From an uncultured Acidobacteriota bacterium (lineage in GTDB: Bacteria > Acidobacteriota > UBA6911), in assembly GCA_963843575.1 (NCBI GenBank), contig CAWJKZ010000024.1, forward strand, positions 448,001 through 512,000: DNA of 64,000 nucleotides. Reading direction: 5' to 3'. The notes under the pieces are model-generated. The model searched no databases, was not told the DNA's origin, and worked only from the letters and a program-made list of their open reading frames with translations. Numbering within the stretch: the first letter of the stretch is position 1; each line of letters starts with the position of its first letter. Of the stretch, positions 18,448 through 28,412 are shown piece after piece. The position numbers and the translations under genes were made by a program.

Positions 18448-18867
18448 ATGGTTTACCTACGATCGCTCCTGGCGCTCTTGCTTCTCTCCGTGTCCTCGTT
18501 CGCGGAAGTCGCATGGGTGAAGACCTACGACGAGGCGCTGAAACAGGCCGGTGCGCAGAAGAAATTCGTCGTCCTGGACATGTCGGCGAGCTGGTGCGGC
18601 TTCTGCCGCAGGATGGCCCGCGAAGTCTATCCCAGCCCGGAGTTCGTCGAGTTTTCGCGCACCCAGGTCTTTGTGCGGCTCTTCGCTGACACCGATGCCG
18701 AGGGGACGAAGCTGGCCGAGAGCTTCAATGTCGAGGGTTTTCCCACGATAATCGTGCTGAACTCCCAGGGCCGCGAAGTGGGCCGCCTCGTGGGTGCCCG
18801 CGACAGCCGGCGCCTGATCCGGGAACTCCAGGAGATCACACAACGCGCAACGGGGGCGAGCCGATAG
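18448..18867 (+). CDS. Secreted thioredoxin family protein
   Basis: Signal peptide, ASWCGFC and VEGFPT cis-Pro motif. Confidence 0.9.
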   Translation: MVYLRSLLALLLLSVSSFAEVAWVKTYDEALKQAGAQKKFVVLDMSASWCGFCRRMAREVYPSPEFVEFSRTQVFVRLFADTDAEGTKLAESFNVEGFPTIIVLNSQGREVGRLVGARDSRRLIRELQEITQRATGASR

Positions 18868-18869
18868 GC

Positions 18870-19035
18870 GGCCTCACCTCGGCTGTGCCCCACGTCGATC
18901 CCGTTGGCCGGCTCGGCCGAGACGCAAAGGAGGCCGTCGGGACCAAACTGCGCGCAGTGGGGACGCACGTGCCGCCCGAGGTCGATCGCGCCGATCAAGC
19001 GGCGGGCGCCAAGGTCGATCACGTCGACCGTGCGG
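18870..19035 (-). pseudogene. Remnant of a YncE/YVTN beta-propeller gene
   Basis: TVDVIDLGARRLIGAIDLGRHVRPHCAQFGPDGLLCVSAE, with no start and no proper end. Confidence 0.5.
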
Positions 19036-19060
19036 CTCAGCCGGCTCCGAGTCCGTCGCC

Positions 19061-21819
19061 TCAGGGCCGCGGAGGCGTCGGAGGTCCGGCCGTGAGGGTG
19101 ACAGGGCCCATGAGACCCGCGGGGATCGGGCCTCACCCGGTCCATGTCCTGCGGCTCGAACCTGACGCCGTAGCGCAGGTTGAGCAGCCGGTAGTCGGGC
19201 GGCGCGTGGCCAGCCATGTGGTTTACCGCCAGATTTGCGACCACGATCCGGAGACGGTTTTCACCGCGCCTGAGCAAGCCCGTGACTTCGACGGCGTAGG
19301 GCGGGCACCAGACCGATCCCGCACGTTTCCCGTTGACCTCCACCACCGCGGCTTCCCGGACCGGCGCCTGCAGCAGCGCCTGCAGGCGCCGGTCGCCGGC
19401 CCCGGGCGGGCTCCTCCGCCAGCGGGATAGCGGCGCCGAGGCTCAGGTGCGGCCTGGCTTCTGCGCTCAGGTACGGCTCCTGGACCTCGAAAGTCTTCTC
19501 GTAGGCGGCCAGGCCTGAGAAGTACCGCGTGGCTTCGTCCTCCGTCCAGGAGCGGAGACGGTCCATGCGAACGGCCGCACCGTCGCCAAAACGCACCTGC
19601 CACCCGCGGCTGAGGTCGATCGGCGCCGGGGAGGATCTCGTGAGGGCGGCGGCCGGCGGCGTTTGCCCCGGCGCGAACACGATCGCGCGCGAGCCGTAGG
19701 GCTCGAGGTCGAGGACCACGGACACGGAGCCCGGGGAGCGTTTCAGGACTTCGATCGGCAGCACGCCGCCCGTGACAGGGTCCCAGCATTCCGGCTGCAA
19801 TCCCTCGACGCGGAAGGCGGCTTCCACCCGGTGGCGCACGTTGTCCGTGTTTGCCAGGAAGTACACCTCCGCCGTGGGGAGACTCCGGTGGACGAACCCT
19901 ATTCCCGGAACCGGGGGCACAAACGACACGTCCGGCTGCAGCAGCGGCGCGAGCGCCCCGCCCAGGGCGGATTCCGCGGCGACGAAGTGGCCCGGGTGGG
20001 ACGGTGCTTCGAAGAGCCGGCGCACTGTCTCACGCAGCTCCGCGGTATCGGCTAGCGTCGCCGAGAAGCCGGGGACCCGCGCCGGCAGCCGGCGCGTCGC
20101 CACGACGACGCCCCCCGCACGGGCCAATTCCTCGAGCATCCGCACCGTCGCCAACGGCATCGTCTCCACCCCGGGGAGCACGATCGCCCGGTAGCGGTTG
20201 CCGCCGAGCTGGAGGCTCGCCCGGTCGATGCGCCCGAGCTGTTCCAGTGCGCGATCGTCCACGAAATCGACGCCGTAGCCTGATGACAGGAGCGATTCGA
20301 CAACAGCGGGGCCGATCCGCTCGCCCAGCGATTCCAGCAGATTCACGCGGCCGAGTGCAAAGTGCGCCCAGGCGTCGCTGTTGGGCAGATAGAGTGCGAC
20401 GTCGTTCACCGCCTTCCCCTGGCGCAGAAGAAAACTCAGGCGCTGCAGGTACCGGGAAAGGTCGGGCATCACTATCCACCAGGGATTACTGTCGTTGAAA
20501 ACCCCCGCGGCATAAAAGCGTCCGCCGGGATAGGGAGTGCCTTCGGGGGTATAGGGCCATCCGTGACCGATCAGCTGGTTGACACCCTGAAGGAAGTGGC
20601 GGTCGGCTTCCACCTTCAGGTCCAGCGGCGTGGCCCGGAACGCGGGCGAGTGCAGCCAGGTCCACGTTTCGGAGGATGTGACTGCGCGGCCGTAGAGATG
20701 GTTCGCCGAGGACGCCCAGCGGGAGGCAGTGAGCCTCTTCCACTGGTGGCCCTCCCCTTCGGCCAGATCCGCAAACGCATTGCTCGACAGGGCCGCAGGC
20801 GGGACACCGTAGCCCTGGATGCGGAGAAGCGTGCCGTGGGCTTTCGCCCACTGCTGCAAGGGGGCGAGGAACCGTTCCTCCAGGAGTTCCGTCAGTGTCT
20901 TCCCCCAGTCGTGCCGGAGGCCCGCGGATTCGGCGGAGTTCGCGGCCAGGGCCGGGAGCCTGGGTTTCAAATCGTACCCGCGCCGGCTTCGGAACTGCTC
21001 CAGGAAATCGCCGGACCAGTCGGAGCCGTACACCTCGAGGCTGTCGCAGAATATGGCGTAAGGGGGGTTCGGGGCCGCCGCGCGCAGGAGCGGTTCCGCG
21101 ACGTTAGCCAGAAAGCGTTCGAGTGCAGGGCGGCTGTAATGGTCAACCACATAGCCTTCGGCGCCCACTGCGGCGCGCTTCACCTGCTGCCCCGTGCGAC
21201 CTGAAATGAAGAACCACACTTCGACCGGCGACGCGCCGTCGGGAAGCCGCAGGATGCCGCCGGTAACATCCGTCAACTCCCGGCCGGTACCGGCGTCGAA
21301 GGCGGCGAGCAGTTGTTCTCCGGGACCCGGGTCGGGAACGGGAACGCGACGTGCGCCGGGGACCACCTTCACGCGCTCCCACCGCAGCCGCGGGGCGGCG
21401 TCGCTGATCGAGACCCCGGGGCCGCCGTAGGGCCAGCCGCTGCCGAGCGTCAGGTCGAACCGCAGGCCGAGTTCGCGCGCCTTCCCGGCCGCGAAGCCGA
21501 GCGCCTCCAGGAACCCAGACGAAAGGTACGGCAGATTCCTGAACCCTGCCTTGTCGTCATCGGGCGCGAGCGGGTAGACCGGCTCGACCTCGAATCCGCC
21601 GATCCCTCCTTCCTTCATGAGACGCATCTCGCGCTCGAGCCCCACCTTGGTCACGGCCGGCCCGAACCACCACCAGCGCATCATCGGCCGGCAGTCGTCG
21701 GGGGGGGCGAGGAACGCCCGGCGCAAGTCCCGGATATCCTCGAGGGCCCGGGCCCCGGCGAAGGGCACAACGAAAAGGCTGGAGAGAAGCACGGTGAGCA
21801 GGACGCATCGACGCTTCAC
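19061..21819 (-). CDS. Glycoside hydrolase family 106 (alpha-L-rhamnosidase-like), frameshifts near C-terminus
   Basis: PMMRWWWFG, GIGGFEV, DLTLGSGWPYGG, FCDSLEVY and SSETWTWLHSP. C-terminal AGSVWCPPY and GLMGPV lie in shifted frames. GTG start with GGAGG. Confidence 0.85.
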
Positions 21820-22001
21820 GGAGGACCTCCATGCCGCAAAAAACCTCATCTTAATTCAACCGCTTTGGCGGAAACCAGTGATTCATGCTATGGTGCCGGG
21901 GCATGAGACTGCCGGTTTGCACCGTGGCCGCGTGCGACGTCCCGCCGGCGGCACATCCTCCTTCACCCGCGTCGCACTCGATATCAAGAGGGGACTCCCA
22001 G

Positions 22002-23225
22002 ATGAATCCCGGAGCGTACTGTCGGCTGCTGTTTCTCCTCGTCGTGCTCCTGGCGCCAACAATCCTGACACCCGCAGCAGACGCGGGCGTCGTCCCCGGG
22101 CTGGAGGTCCTCCTGACGGAGCAGGTATCCCTGGTTCAGGGCAAGCGCGTGGGACTGATCACCAACCAGTGCGGCGTCGACCGCCGCATGCGGCACGTCG
22201 TCGACCTGCTGCCCAAGGTGCCCGGTGTGAAGGTGACCGCGCTCTTCGCGCTCGAGCACGGCGTCCGGGGCATGGTGCAGGCGGGAGGGAGTGTGGTCGA
22301 CACGACCGACCCGAGGAGCGGCATACCCGTTTTCAGCCTCTACGGTCAGACACGGCGGCCGACCCCCGAGATGTTGAAGAACGTCGACGTCCTGGTTTAC
22401 GACATCCAGGACGTCGGGGCGCGCTTCTACACCTTCATCTCTTCGCTCGGCGAGTGCATGGAGGCTGCGGCAGACCACGGCATCCCGTTCGTCGTGCTCG
22501 ACCGGCCCAATCCGCTCGCAGACCTCCTGATCGAGGGGCCCATCCTGGACGTCGCCCGGTTCAGGTCGTTCGTGGGCGCCTACGCGATCCCGATCCGGTA
22601 CGGCTGGACCCCCGGCGAACTGGCGGGTTTCGTCAGGGACGGGATCAAGAAAGACCTGAAGCTCACCGTCGTGAAAATGAAGAACTACAAGCGCAGCCTC
22701 TGGTACGACGAGACCGGGCTGCAGTGGATTGCCCCGTCGCCCAACATACCTTCACCCGCCTCCGCTATCGTCTACCCGGGCATGTGCTTGTTCGAGGGAA
22801 CGAACCTCTCGGAGGGAAGAGGCACGACCCAGCCGTTTGAACTGATCGGGGCTCCCTGGCTGGACAGCTACCAGGTCGTGGACGACTTGACGGCGCTGCA
22901 ACTGCCTGGCGTGCTTTTCCGCCCCGCCTCCTTCACCCCGACATTCTCCAAGTACCAGGGTGAGGGGTGCCAGGGCATACAGGTGCACGTGTCCGACCGA
23001 CGCCGCTTCGAACCCGTACGTGCGGCCCTGCACATGCTGGCAGCGATCAAGAAGAGCCACCCGTCCCAGTTCCAGTGGCGCGACTCGATCGACCGACTCT
23101 CGGGTACCGATGCCGTGCGGAAGGCGATCGATGCCGGAACGCCCGTCGACCGGATCCTGGCTTCCTGGCGGCCTGAGCTGGATAAGTTTAACGCGACGCG
23201 CAAGCGATACTTGCTCTACCCGTAA
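22002..23225 (+). CDS. Exo-beta-N-acetylmuramidase NamZ family (DUF1343)
   Basis: VGLITNQ, EHGVRG, DIQDVGARFYT, LDRPNP and NLSEGRGTTQPF. Confidence 0.9.
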   Translation: MNPGAYCRLLFLLVVLLAPTILTPAADAGVVPGLEVLLTEQVSLVQGKRVGLITNQCGVDRRMRHVVDLLPKVPGVKVTALFALEHGVRGMVQAGGSVVDTTDPRSGIPVFSLYGQTRRPTPEMLKNVDVLVYDIQDVGARFYTFISSLGECMEAAADHGIPFVVLDRPNPLADLLIEGPILDVARFRSFVGAYAIPIRYGWTPGELAGFVRDGIKKDLKLTVVKMKNYKRSLWYDETGLQWIAPSPNIPSPASAIVYPGMCLFEGTNLSEGRGTTQPFELIGAPWLDSYQVVDDLTALQLPGVLFRPASFTPTFSKYQGEGCQGIQVHVSDRRRFEPVRAALHMLAAIKKSHPSQFQWRDSIDRLSGTDAVRKAIDAGTPVDRILASWRPELDKFNATRKRYLLYP

Positions 23226-23368
23226 AGAGCCCGGCTGCCTCACAAGCCGCCATGGGCGGGATTTTTCCAATATGCTCGAACATCCCGCCTGGTACGCAGT
23301 AATACGCAAAAGCAAGCCACCCGATAAGATAGGCGCTGGCCTCAACAATCAACACAAAGGTGTCTTTC

Positions 23369-26300
23369 ATGTCAGCCTGCCCGAGGTTCGAGACGATCTA
23401 CGACATTATCGCAACCCGTGCGGCCCAGGATGCCGCCGCCGCTGCGTTTCGGGCCCCGGGCCGGTCGCCGATGAGCTTCGGGTCGCTGAAGGAGCAGGCG
23501 GACGACGTGGCGGCGGTGCTGAACGGTTCGAGCGTCGGAAGGGGAGATCGGGTAGCCATCGTGCTGCCGAACGGCCCCGAGATGGCCTCCGCATTTGCGT
23601 GCATCGGCGCATCTACCGTGACGGCCCCGCTCAATCCCGCGTATCGGGCGCAAGAATTCGAGTTCTATCTCTCGGACCTCGAGGCGAAGGCGCTGGTCGT
23701 GTCCGAGGGGGACGACTCACCCGCCGTCGACGTGGCACGCCGGCGGGGAATCGGGATATTCCGGCTAAAGAAGGAGGATGCATGGGACGCCGGGAGGTTC
23801 ACACTCCTGGTGGAACCGCCCGCCGCTCCTGCGAACCAGCCGGGTCACGCCGGCCCGGACGACACGGTCCTCATCCTGCACACTTCCGGTACGACCTCCA
23901 GGCCAAAGATGGTGCCCCTGACCCAAGCGAATGTGTGCGCATCGGCCTGCAACGTCCGGGAGTCGCTGGGCCTATTGCCTTCCGACCTTTGCCTGAACGT
24001 GATGCCCCTGTTTCACATCCACGGCCTGGTCGCCGCTGTCCTCGCGTCGCTTGTGGCAGGCGGATCGGTCGTCTGCACCCCCGGTTTTTTTGCGACCGAC
24101 TTCTTTGGATGGGTCGAATCGCACGAACCTACCTGGTACACGGCCGTCCCCACCATGCACCAGGCCATACTGTCCCGAAGCCGCCTCCACACCGAGGTGC
24201 TCGGACGGCACCGCCTGCGCTTCGTCCGATCCTCTTCCTCCGCTCTTCCCCCGCGGGTCCTGGAGGAACTCGAAGGGACATTCCGCGTTCCCGTCGTCGA
24301 GGCCTATGGCATGACGGAGGCGGCCCACCAGGTGGCCAGCAACCCGCTCCCTCCGCGCCCGCGCAAGTTGAGGTCGGTCGGACTCGCGGCCGGACCGGAA
24401 GTCGCGATCATGGATGAAGGCGGCAGGCTGGTTGCTCCAGGCGTGACGGGTGAGATTGTGATCAGGGGGAGCAACGTGACGCACGGGTACCTGAACAGCC
24501 CGGCCGCAGGCGCGCAGGCGTTTACCGCGGGATGGTTCCGAACCGGGGACCAGGGGTGCCTGGACGAGGACGGGTACCTGTTCATCACCGGCCGCATAAA
24601 GGAAATCATCAATCGCGGCGGAGAGAAGATTTCTCCGCGGGAAATAGACGAAGCCCTGCTCGAGCACCCGGCCGTAGCCCAGGCGGTGGCGTTTGCCGTC
24701 CCGCACGACACGCTTGGAGAGGACGTCGCAGCCGCCGTCGTACCGCGTGACAACGCCGTGGTCTCGAAACAAGAGCTGAAAGCATTCGTGGCCGAGCGAC
24801 TCTCCCTGTTCAAGGTCCCGCAGTCCATCGTGTTCCTCGAGGCGATCCCCAAGGGACCGACAGGGAAGCTCCAGCGCATAGGCCTCGCCGAGACGCTCGG
24901 GCTGACCGGGAAGCGCGCCGGAGAGCCGGCTGCCCATGTGGCTCCCCGGACGCCCACAGAGGCGGACCTCGAGCGCATATGGTCTCGCGTACTCCGGGTC
25001 GACCGGGTGAGCGCAACCGGGCGATTCCTCGACCTCGGGGGTGATTCGATGCTGATCACCCGCCTGGCAGCGGGTATCCGGGAGAAGTTCGGCCTCGAGA
25101 TCTCCCTGATGGACCTGTTCAACGCTCAGACCATCTCGTCACAAGCCGCGCTGGTCGAGGCGCTGCTCGCGCAGCGGTCCCGGCAGGATCGGGGATCGGA
25201 ATCCTCGATGGGTCTCGACACGCCGCGGATCCCGCGAGCGGGCGGTGAGCTCGCCTCGGCTCCCGCATCCGGGCCATTGTCGCTGGTGCAGCGTCGCCTC
25301 TGGGCCCTCCACCACCTCGCGGCCGACCCCAGCGCTTTTAACCGCACCGATGCGCTGCGTCTCGCCGGGCCGCTGGACCGGGCGTCGCTGGGAAAGGCCC
25401 TGCAGGAGATCGTCAACCGGCACGATTCTCTGCGTTCGTATTATGTGGATCGGGACGGGGAACCGGAGCAGATCGTCGCCAAAGAAGCCAAGTTGACCCT
25501 GACCTTTGAAGATCATACCGGGAAGGGTGAGGAGGAAATCACGGGCCGGATGATCGAGGAGAGGCGCCGGGTGTTCGACCTCGCGCAGGCGCCACTCCTG
25601 AGAGCCCTTCTGATGGCGACCGGCCCCGACCGGTACCTGATGTGCCTGACGATGCACCATCTTGTCGGCGACGGGTATTCGATGGGCGTCTTCTACAGGG
25701 AGCTGTCGTCCCTCTACGCCGCTTTTCTCGATGGGCGGCCGGCTCCCCTGGAGAAATTGCCCGCGCAGTACCTCGATTTTGCGCGCTGGCAGAGGCAGCA
25801 TATGGCGGGGCCCGCCCTTCAACCCCACCTGGCCTACTGGAAGACAAAGCTCGAAAACCTCCCCGTCCTGGAACTTCCGGCCGACTACCCGCGGCCGGCG
25901 GTTCAAAGCCAGCGAGGCGCCTGGACCGCTTTCGAAATACCGAGGGACCTGGCGGACCGGCTGCAGGCATTCTCCCGCGACGAGGGCGTCACGCTGTTCA
26001 TGACGTTGCTGGGCGCCTTCAAAGTGCTGCTCGGCCGTTATTCGGGTCAGGACGACATTGCGGTGGGTATACCGGTGGCGGGCCGCACGCGGACTGAGTT
26101 TGAGAAGCTGATCGGCCCGTTCGCCACAACCCCCGTCCTGCGCACGGATCTCGGGGGCGAAGCGACCTTCAGGGAAGTGCTGCGGCGCGTAAGGAAGACC
26201 GCGCTGGAGGCTTTCGACCATCAGGAGGTCCCCTACGAGAAAATCGTCGAAGAACTGAAGCCCGAAATGGATCCAAGTCACACGCCGTTCTTTCAGACGC

Positions 26301-28369
26301 TTTTCAACCTGCGCAACTACGATGTGTCGCTCCCGGCTTTTCCCCGCGTCGCCGTGGAAAGCGCCTCCGTACCCGCCGCCCACGCCCTGACCGACCTGTA
26401 CTTCAACCTGCACGTCCGGGACGGGGCGCTCCAGGGGGAAGCCATCTATTGTGCAGATCTGTTCGAACGGGAGACCGTGGTCAGGTTGACAGGGCATTAT
26501 CTGAACCTGCTCCGGGCCATCCTGGCGGCGCCGGACCGTCCCGTCGCCTCTCTCCCCATGATCTCGGAATCCGAGCGAAAGACCCTGGTGAGCGACTGGA
26601 ATGACACGGGGAAGGCTCTCCCGGAAGATCGATTGGTGCACGAACTCTTCGAGGAACAGGTCCGAAGGTCGCCGGATGCGCCGGCCCTCGTATTCGGGAA
26701 CGAGCGGTTGAGCTACGCCGAGCTGAACAGCCGGTCGAACAGGCTGGCCCGTCGTCTTCGCGCAGCCGGCGTCGGCCCCGAGGTCGTCGTCGGAGTGATG
26801 ATGGAAGTCTCGACCGATCTCGTCGTCTCCCTCCTGGCCATACTGAAGGCTGGTGGCGCCTACCTGCCGCTGGATCCGCACTATCCCGCCGCGCACAACG
26901 CCTTCATGTTGGAAGATGCATGCGCACCTTTCCTCTTGACGCGCAAGGGAGGGGCTGAATCCCTCCCGCCGTATGCCGGGCACGTGCTGCTCTTCGAGGA
27001 GCTCGCGGAGTGGCTCGCGGGATCACCGGAGAACCTCGAGCGAATCACGCAGGTCCGTAATCGCGCCTATGTCATCTACACCTCGGGTTCCACGGGGAAG
27101 CCCAAGGGCGTCGAGATCGAACACCGAAGCGTCGTCAACTTCGTGGTGGGCTACCGCGAGGTGCCCGGCGTCACGGCGAAGGACGCCGTTCTTGCGGTTG
27201 CCAGCTTCTCGTTCGACATGGCGGTATGCGAGTTGTTCGTGCCGCTCTCGGCCGGTGCGAGCGTGATCGCCGTTGACCGGGAGACGGTGCGGGACAGCAT
27301 GAGGCTCAGCCGCGCCATGGAATCCGCCACCCTGGTCATGACCACGCCTTCGATGTGGCGGCTGCTGGTCGACCAGGGGTGGCGCGGGAAAAAGGGATTG
27401 CGAGTAGTGTGTGCAGGAGAAGTGCTGCCGCGGGGCCTCGCCAGCGAGTTGCTCCAACGCGCGGACGAAGTCTGGAACAGCTACGGGCCCACGGAAACGA
27501 CGGTAATTTCCTCTTCCTGGAGGGTGCCGGAAGGAGACGGGCCGATATCGATCGGGAGGCCGGCAGCCAACACGAGGTGTTACGTGCTGGATGGCCATGG
27601 GAATCTCCAGCCGGCCGGCATTCCCGGCGAGCTCTATATCGGTGGGGCAGCCGTCGGCAGGGGCTACCTGCGCAGACCGGATCTGACCTCGGAACGGTTT
27701 CTCGCCGATCCCTTCTCCCCGACACCCGGCGGCCGCATGTACCGGTCGGGTGATCGCGTCCGCTGGACGAGGAGCGGTGCACTGGAATGCCTGGGGCGCA
27801 TCGATCGCCAGGTCAAACTCCGCGGCTTTCGCATCGAGCCCGGCGAGATCGAGTCCGTGCTCGAATTGCACGACGGCGTGCGCACCGCTCACGTCGAAAG
27901 CCTGCGGGGCCCCGATGGTCCGGAACTGGTCGCCTACTACATCGCGTTCGATCCAGTCCGGCCGGGGGAAGATGAGCTGAGAGCGTTTGTCGGTCAAAAG
28001 CTGCCGTGGTACATGGTGCCTTCGGCCTATGTCCGGCTGACCGCTCTGCCGATGACGCCCAACGGGAAAGTGGACAGCAAGAGGCTGCCCGCCCCCGACC
28101 TGTCCAGGCAGCACGACCAGACCGATTTCGTCGCGCCTCGCTCCCCTACCGAGAGCGTGCTGGTCGACATCTGGAGGGATGTCTTCGGCATCGAACGGGT
28201 GGGCTCAAACGATTCGTTTCTTGGGCTGGGCGGCCATTCCCTGACCGCTATGCGTGTAGTCTCCCGCATCCGGACCCAGCTGGGAGTCGACGTGCCCTTC
28301 CAGACGATATTCGAGCACTTGACGATCGCCGAGTTGGCCAATCGCATCGACGCGCAGCTGGCCGGATGA
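23369..28369 (+). CDS. Non-ribosomal peptide synthetase: A (oxalate-CoA-ligase-like)-T-C-A-T, no TE
   Basis: A1: LHTSGTTSRPK, PLFHIHG, YGMTE, FRTGD. T1: LGGDSM. C: HHLVGDG. A2: YTSGSTGKPKG, YGPTE, YRSGD, PNGKVD. T2: LGGHSL. Confidence 0.92.
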   Translation: MSACPRFETIYDIIATRAAQDAAAAAFRAPGRSPMSFGSLKEQADDVAAVLNGSSVGRGDRVAIVLPNGPEMASAFACIGASTVTAPLNPAYRAQEFEFYLSDLEAKALVVSEGDDSPAVDVARRRGIGIFRLKKEDAWDAGRFTLLVEPPAAPANQPGHAGPDDTVLILHTSGTTSRPKMVPLTQANVCASACNVRESLGLLPSDLCLNVMPLFHIHGLVAAVLASLVAGGSVVCTPGFFATDFFGWVESHEPTWYTAVPTMHQAILSRSRLHTEVLGRHRLRFVRSSSSALPPRVLEELEGTFRVPVVEAYGMTEAAHQVASNPLPPRPRKLRSVGLAAGPEVAIMDEGGRLVAPGVTGEIVIRGSNVTHGYLNSPAAGAQAFTAGWFRTGDQGCLDEDGYLFITGRIKEIINRGGEKISPREIDEALLEHPAVAQAVAFAVPHDTLGEDVAAAVVPRDNAVVSKQELKAFVAERLSLFKVPQSIVFLEAIPKGPTGKLQRIGLAETLGLTGKRAGEPAAHVAPRTPTEADLERIWSRVLRVDRVSATGRFLDLGGDSMLITRLAAGIREKFGLEISLMDLFNAQTISSQAALVEALLAQRSRQDRGSESSMGLDTPRIPRAGGELASAPASGPLSLVQRRLWALHHLAADPSAFNRTDALRLAGPLDRASLGKALQEIVNRHDSLRSYYVDRDGEPEQIVAKEAKLTLTFEDHTGKGEEEITGRMIEERRRVFDLAQAPLLRALLMATGPDRYLMCLTMHHLVGDGYSMGVFYRELSSLYAAFLDGRPAPLEKLPAQYLDFARWQRQHMAGPALQPHLAYWKTKLENLPVLELPADYPRPAVQSQRGAWTAFEIPRDLADRLQAFSRDEGVTLFMTLLGAFKVLLGRYSGQDDIAVGIPVAGRTRTEFEKLIGPFATTPVLRTDLGGEATFREVLRRVRKTALEAFDHQEVPYEKIVEELKPEMDPSHTPFFQTLFNLRNYDVSLPAFPRVAVESASVPAAHALTDLYFNLHVRDGALQGEAIYCADLFERETVVRLTGHYLNLLRAILAAPDRPVASLPMISESERKTLVSDWNDTGKALPEDRLVHELFEEQVRRSPDAPALVFGNERLSYAELNSRSNRLARRLRAAGVGPEVVVGVMMEVSTDLVVSLLAILKAGGAYLPLDPHYPAAHNAFMLEDACAPFLLTRKGGAESLPPYAGHVLLFEELAEWLAGSPENLERITQVRNRAYVIYTSGSTGKPKGVEIEHRSVVNFVVGYREVPGVTAKDAVLAVASFSFDMAVCELFVPLSAGASVIAVDRETVRDSMRLSRAMESATLVMTTPSMWRLLVDQGWRGKKGLRVVCAGEVLPRGLASELLQRADEVWNSYGPTETTVISSSWRVPEGDGPISIGRPAANTRCYVLDGHGNLQPAGIPGELYIGGAAVGRGYLRRPDLTSERFLADPFSPTPGGRMYRSGDRVRWTRSGALECLGRIDRQVKLRGFRIEPGEIESVLELHDGVRTAHVESLRGPDGPELVAYYIAFDPVRPGEDELRAFVGQKLPWYMVPSAYVRLTALPMTPNGKVDSKRLPAPDLSRQHDQTDFVAPRSPTESVLVDIWRDVFGIERVGSNDSFLGLGGHSLTAMRVVSRIRTQLGVDVPFQTIFEHLTIAELANRIDAQLAG

Positions 28370-28412
28370 TCAAGTGGGTCCGGATCTCGAAGACCCGGAA
28401 GTCCAGCTGGAA

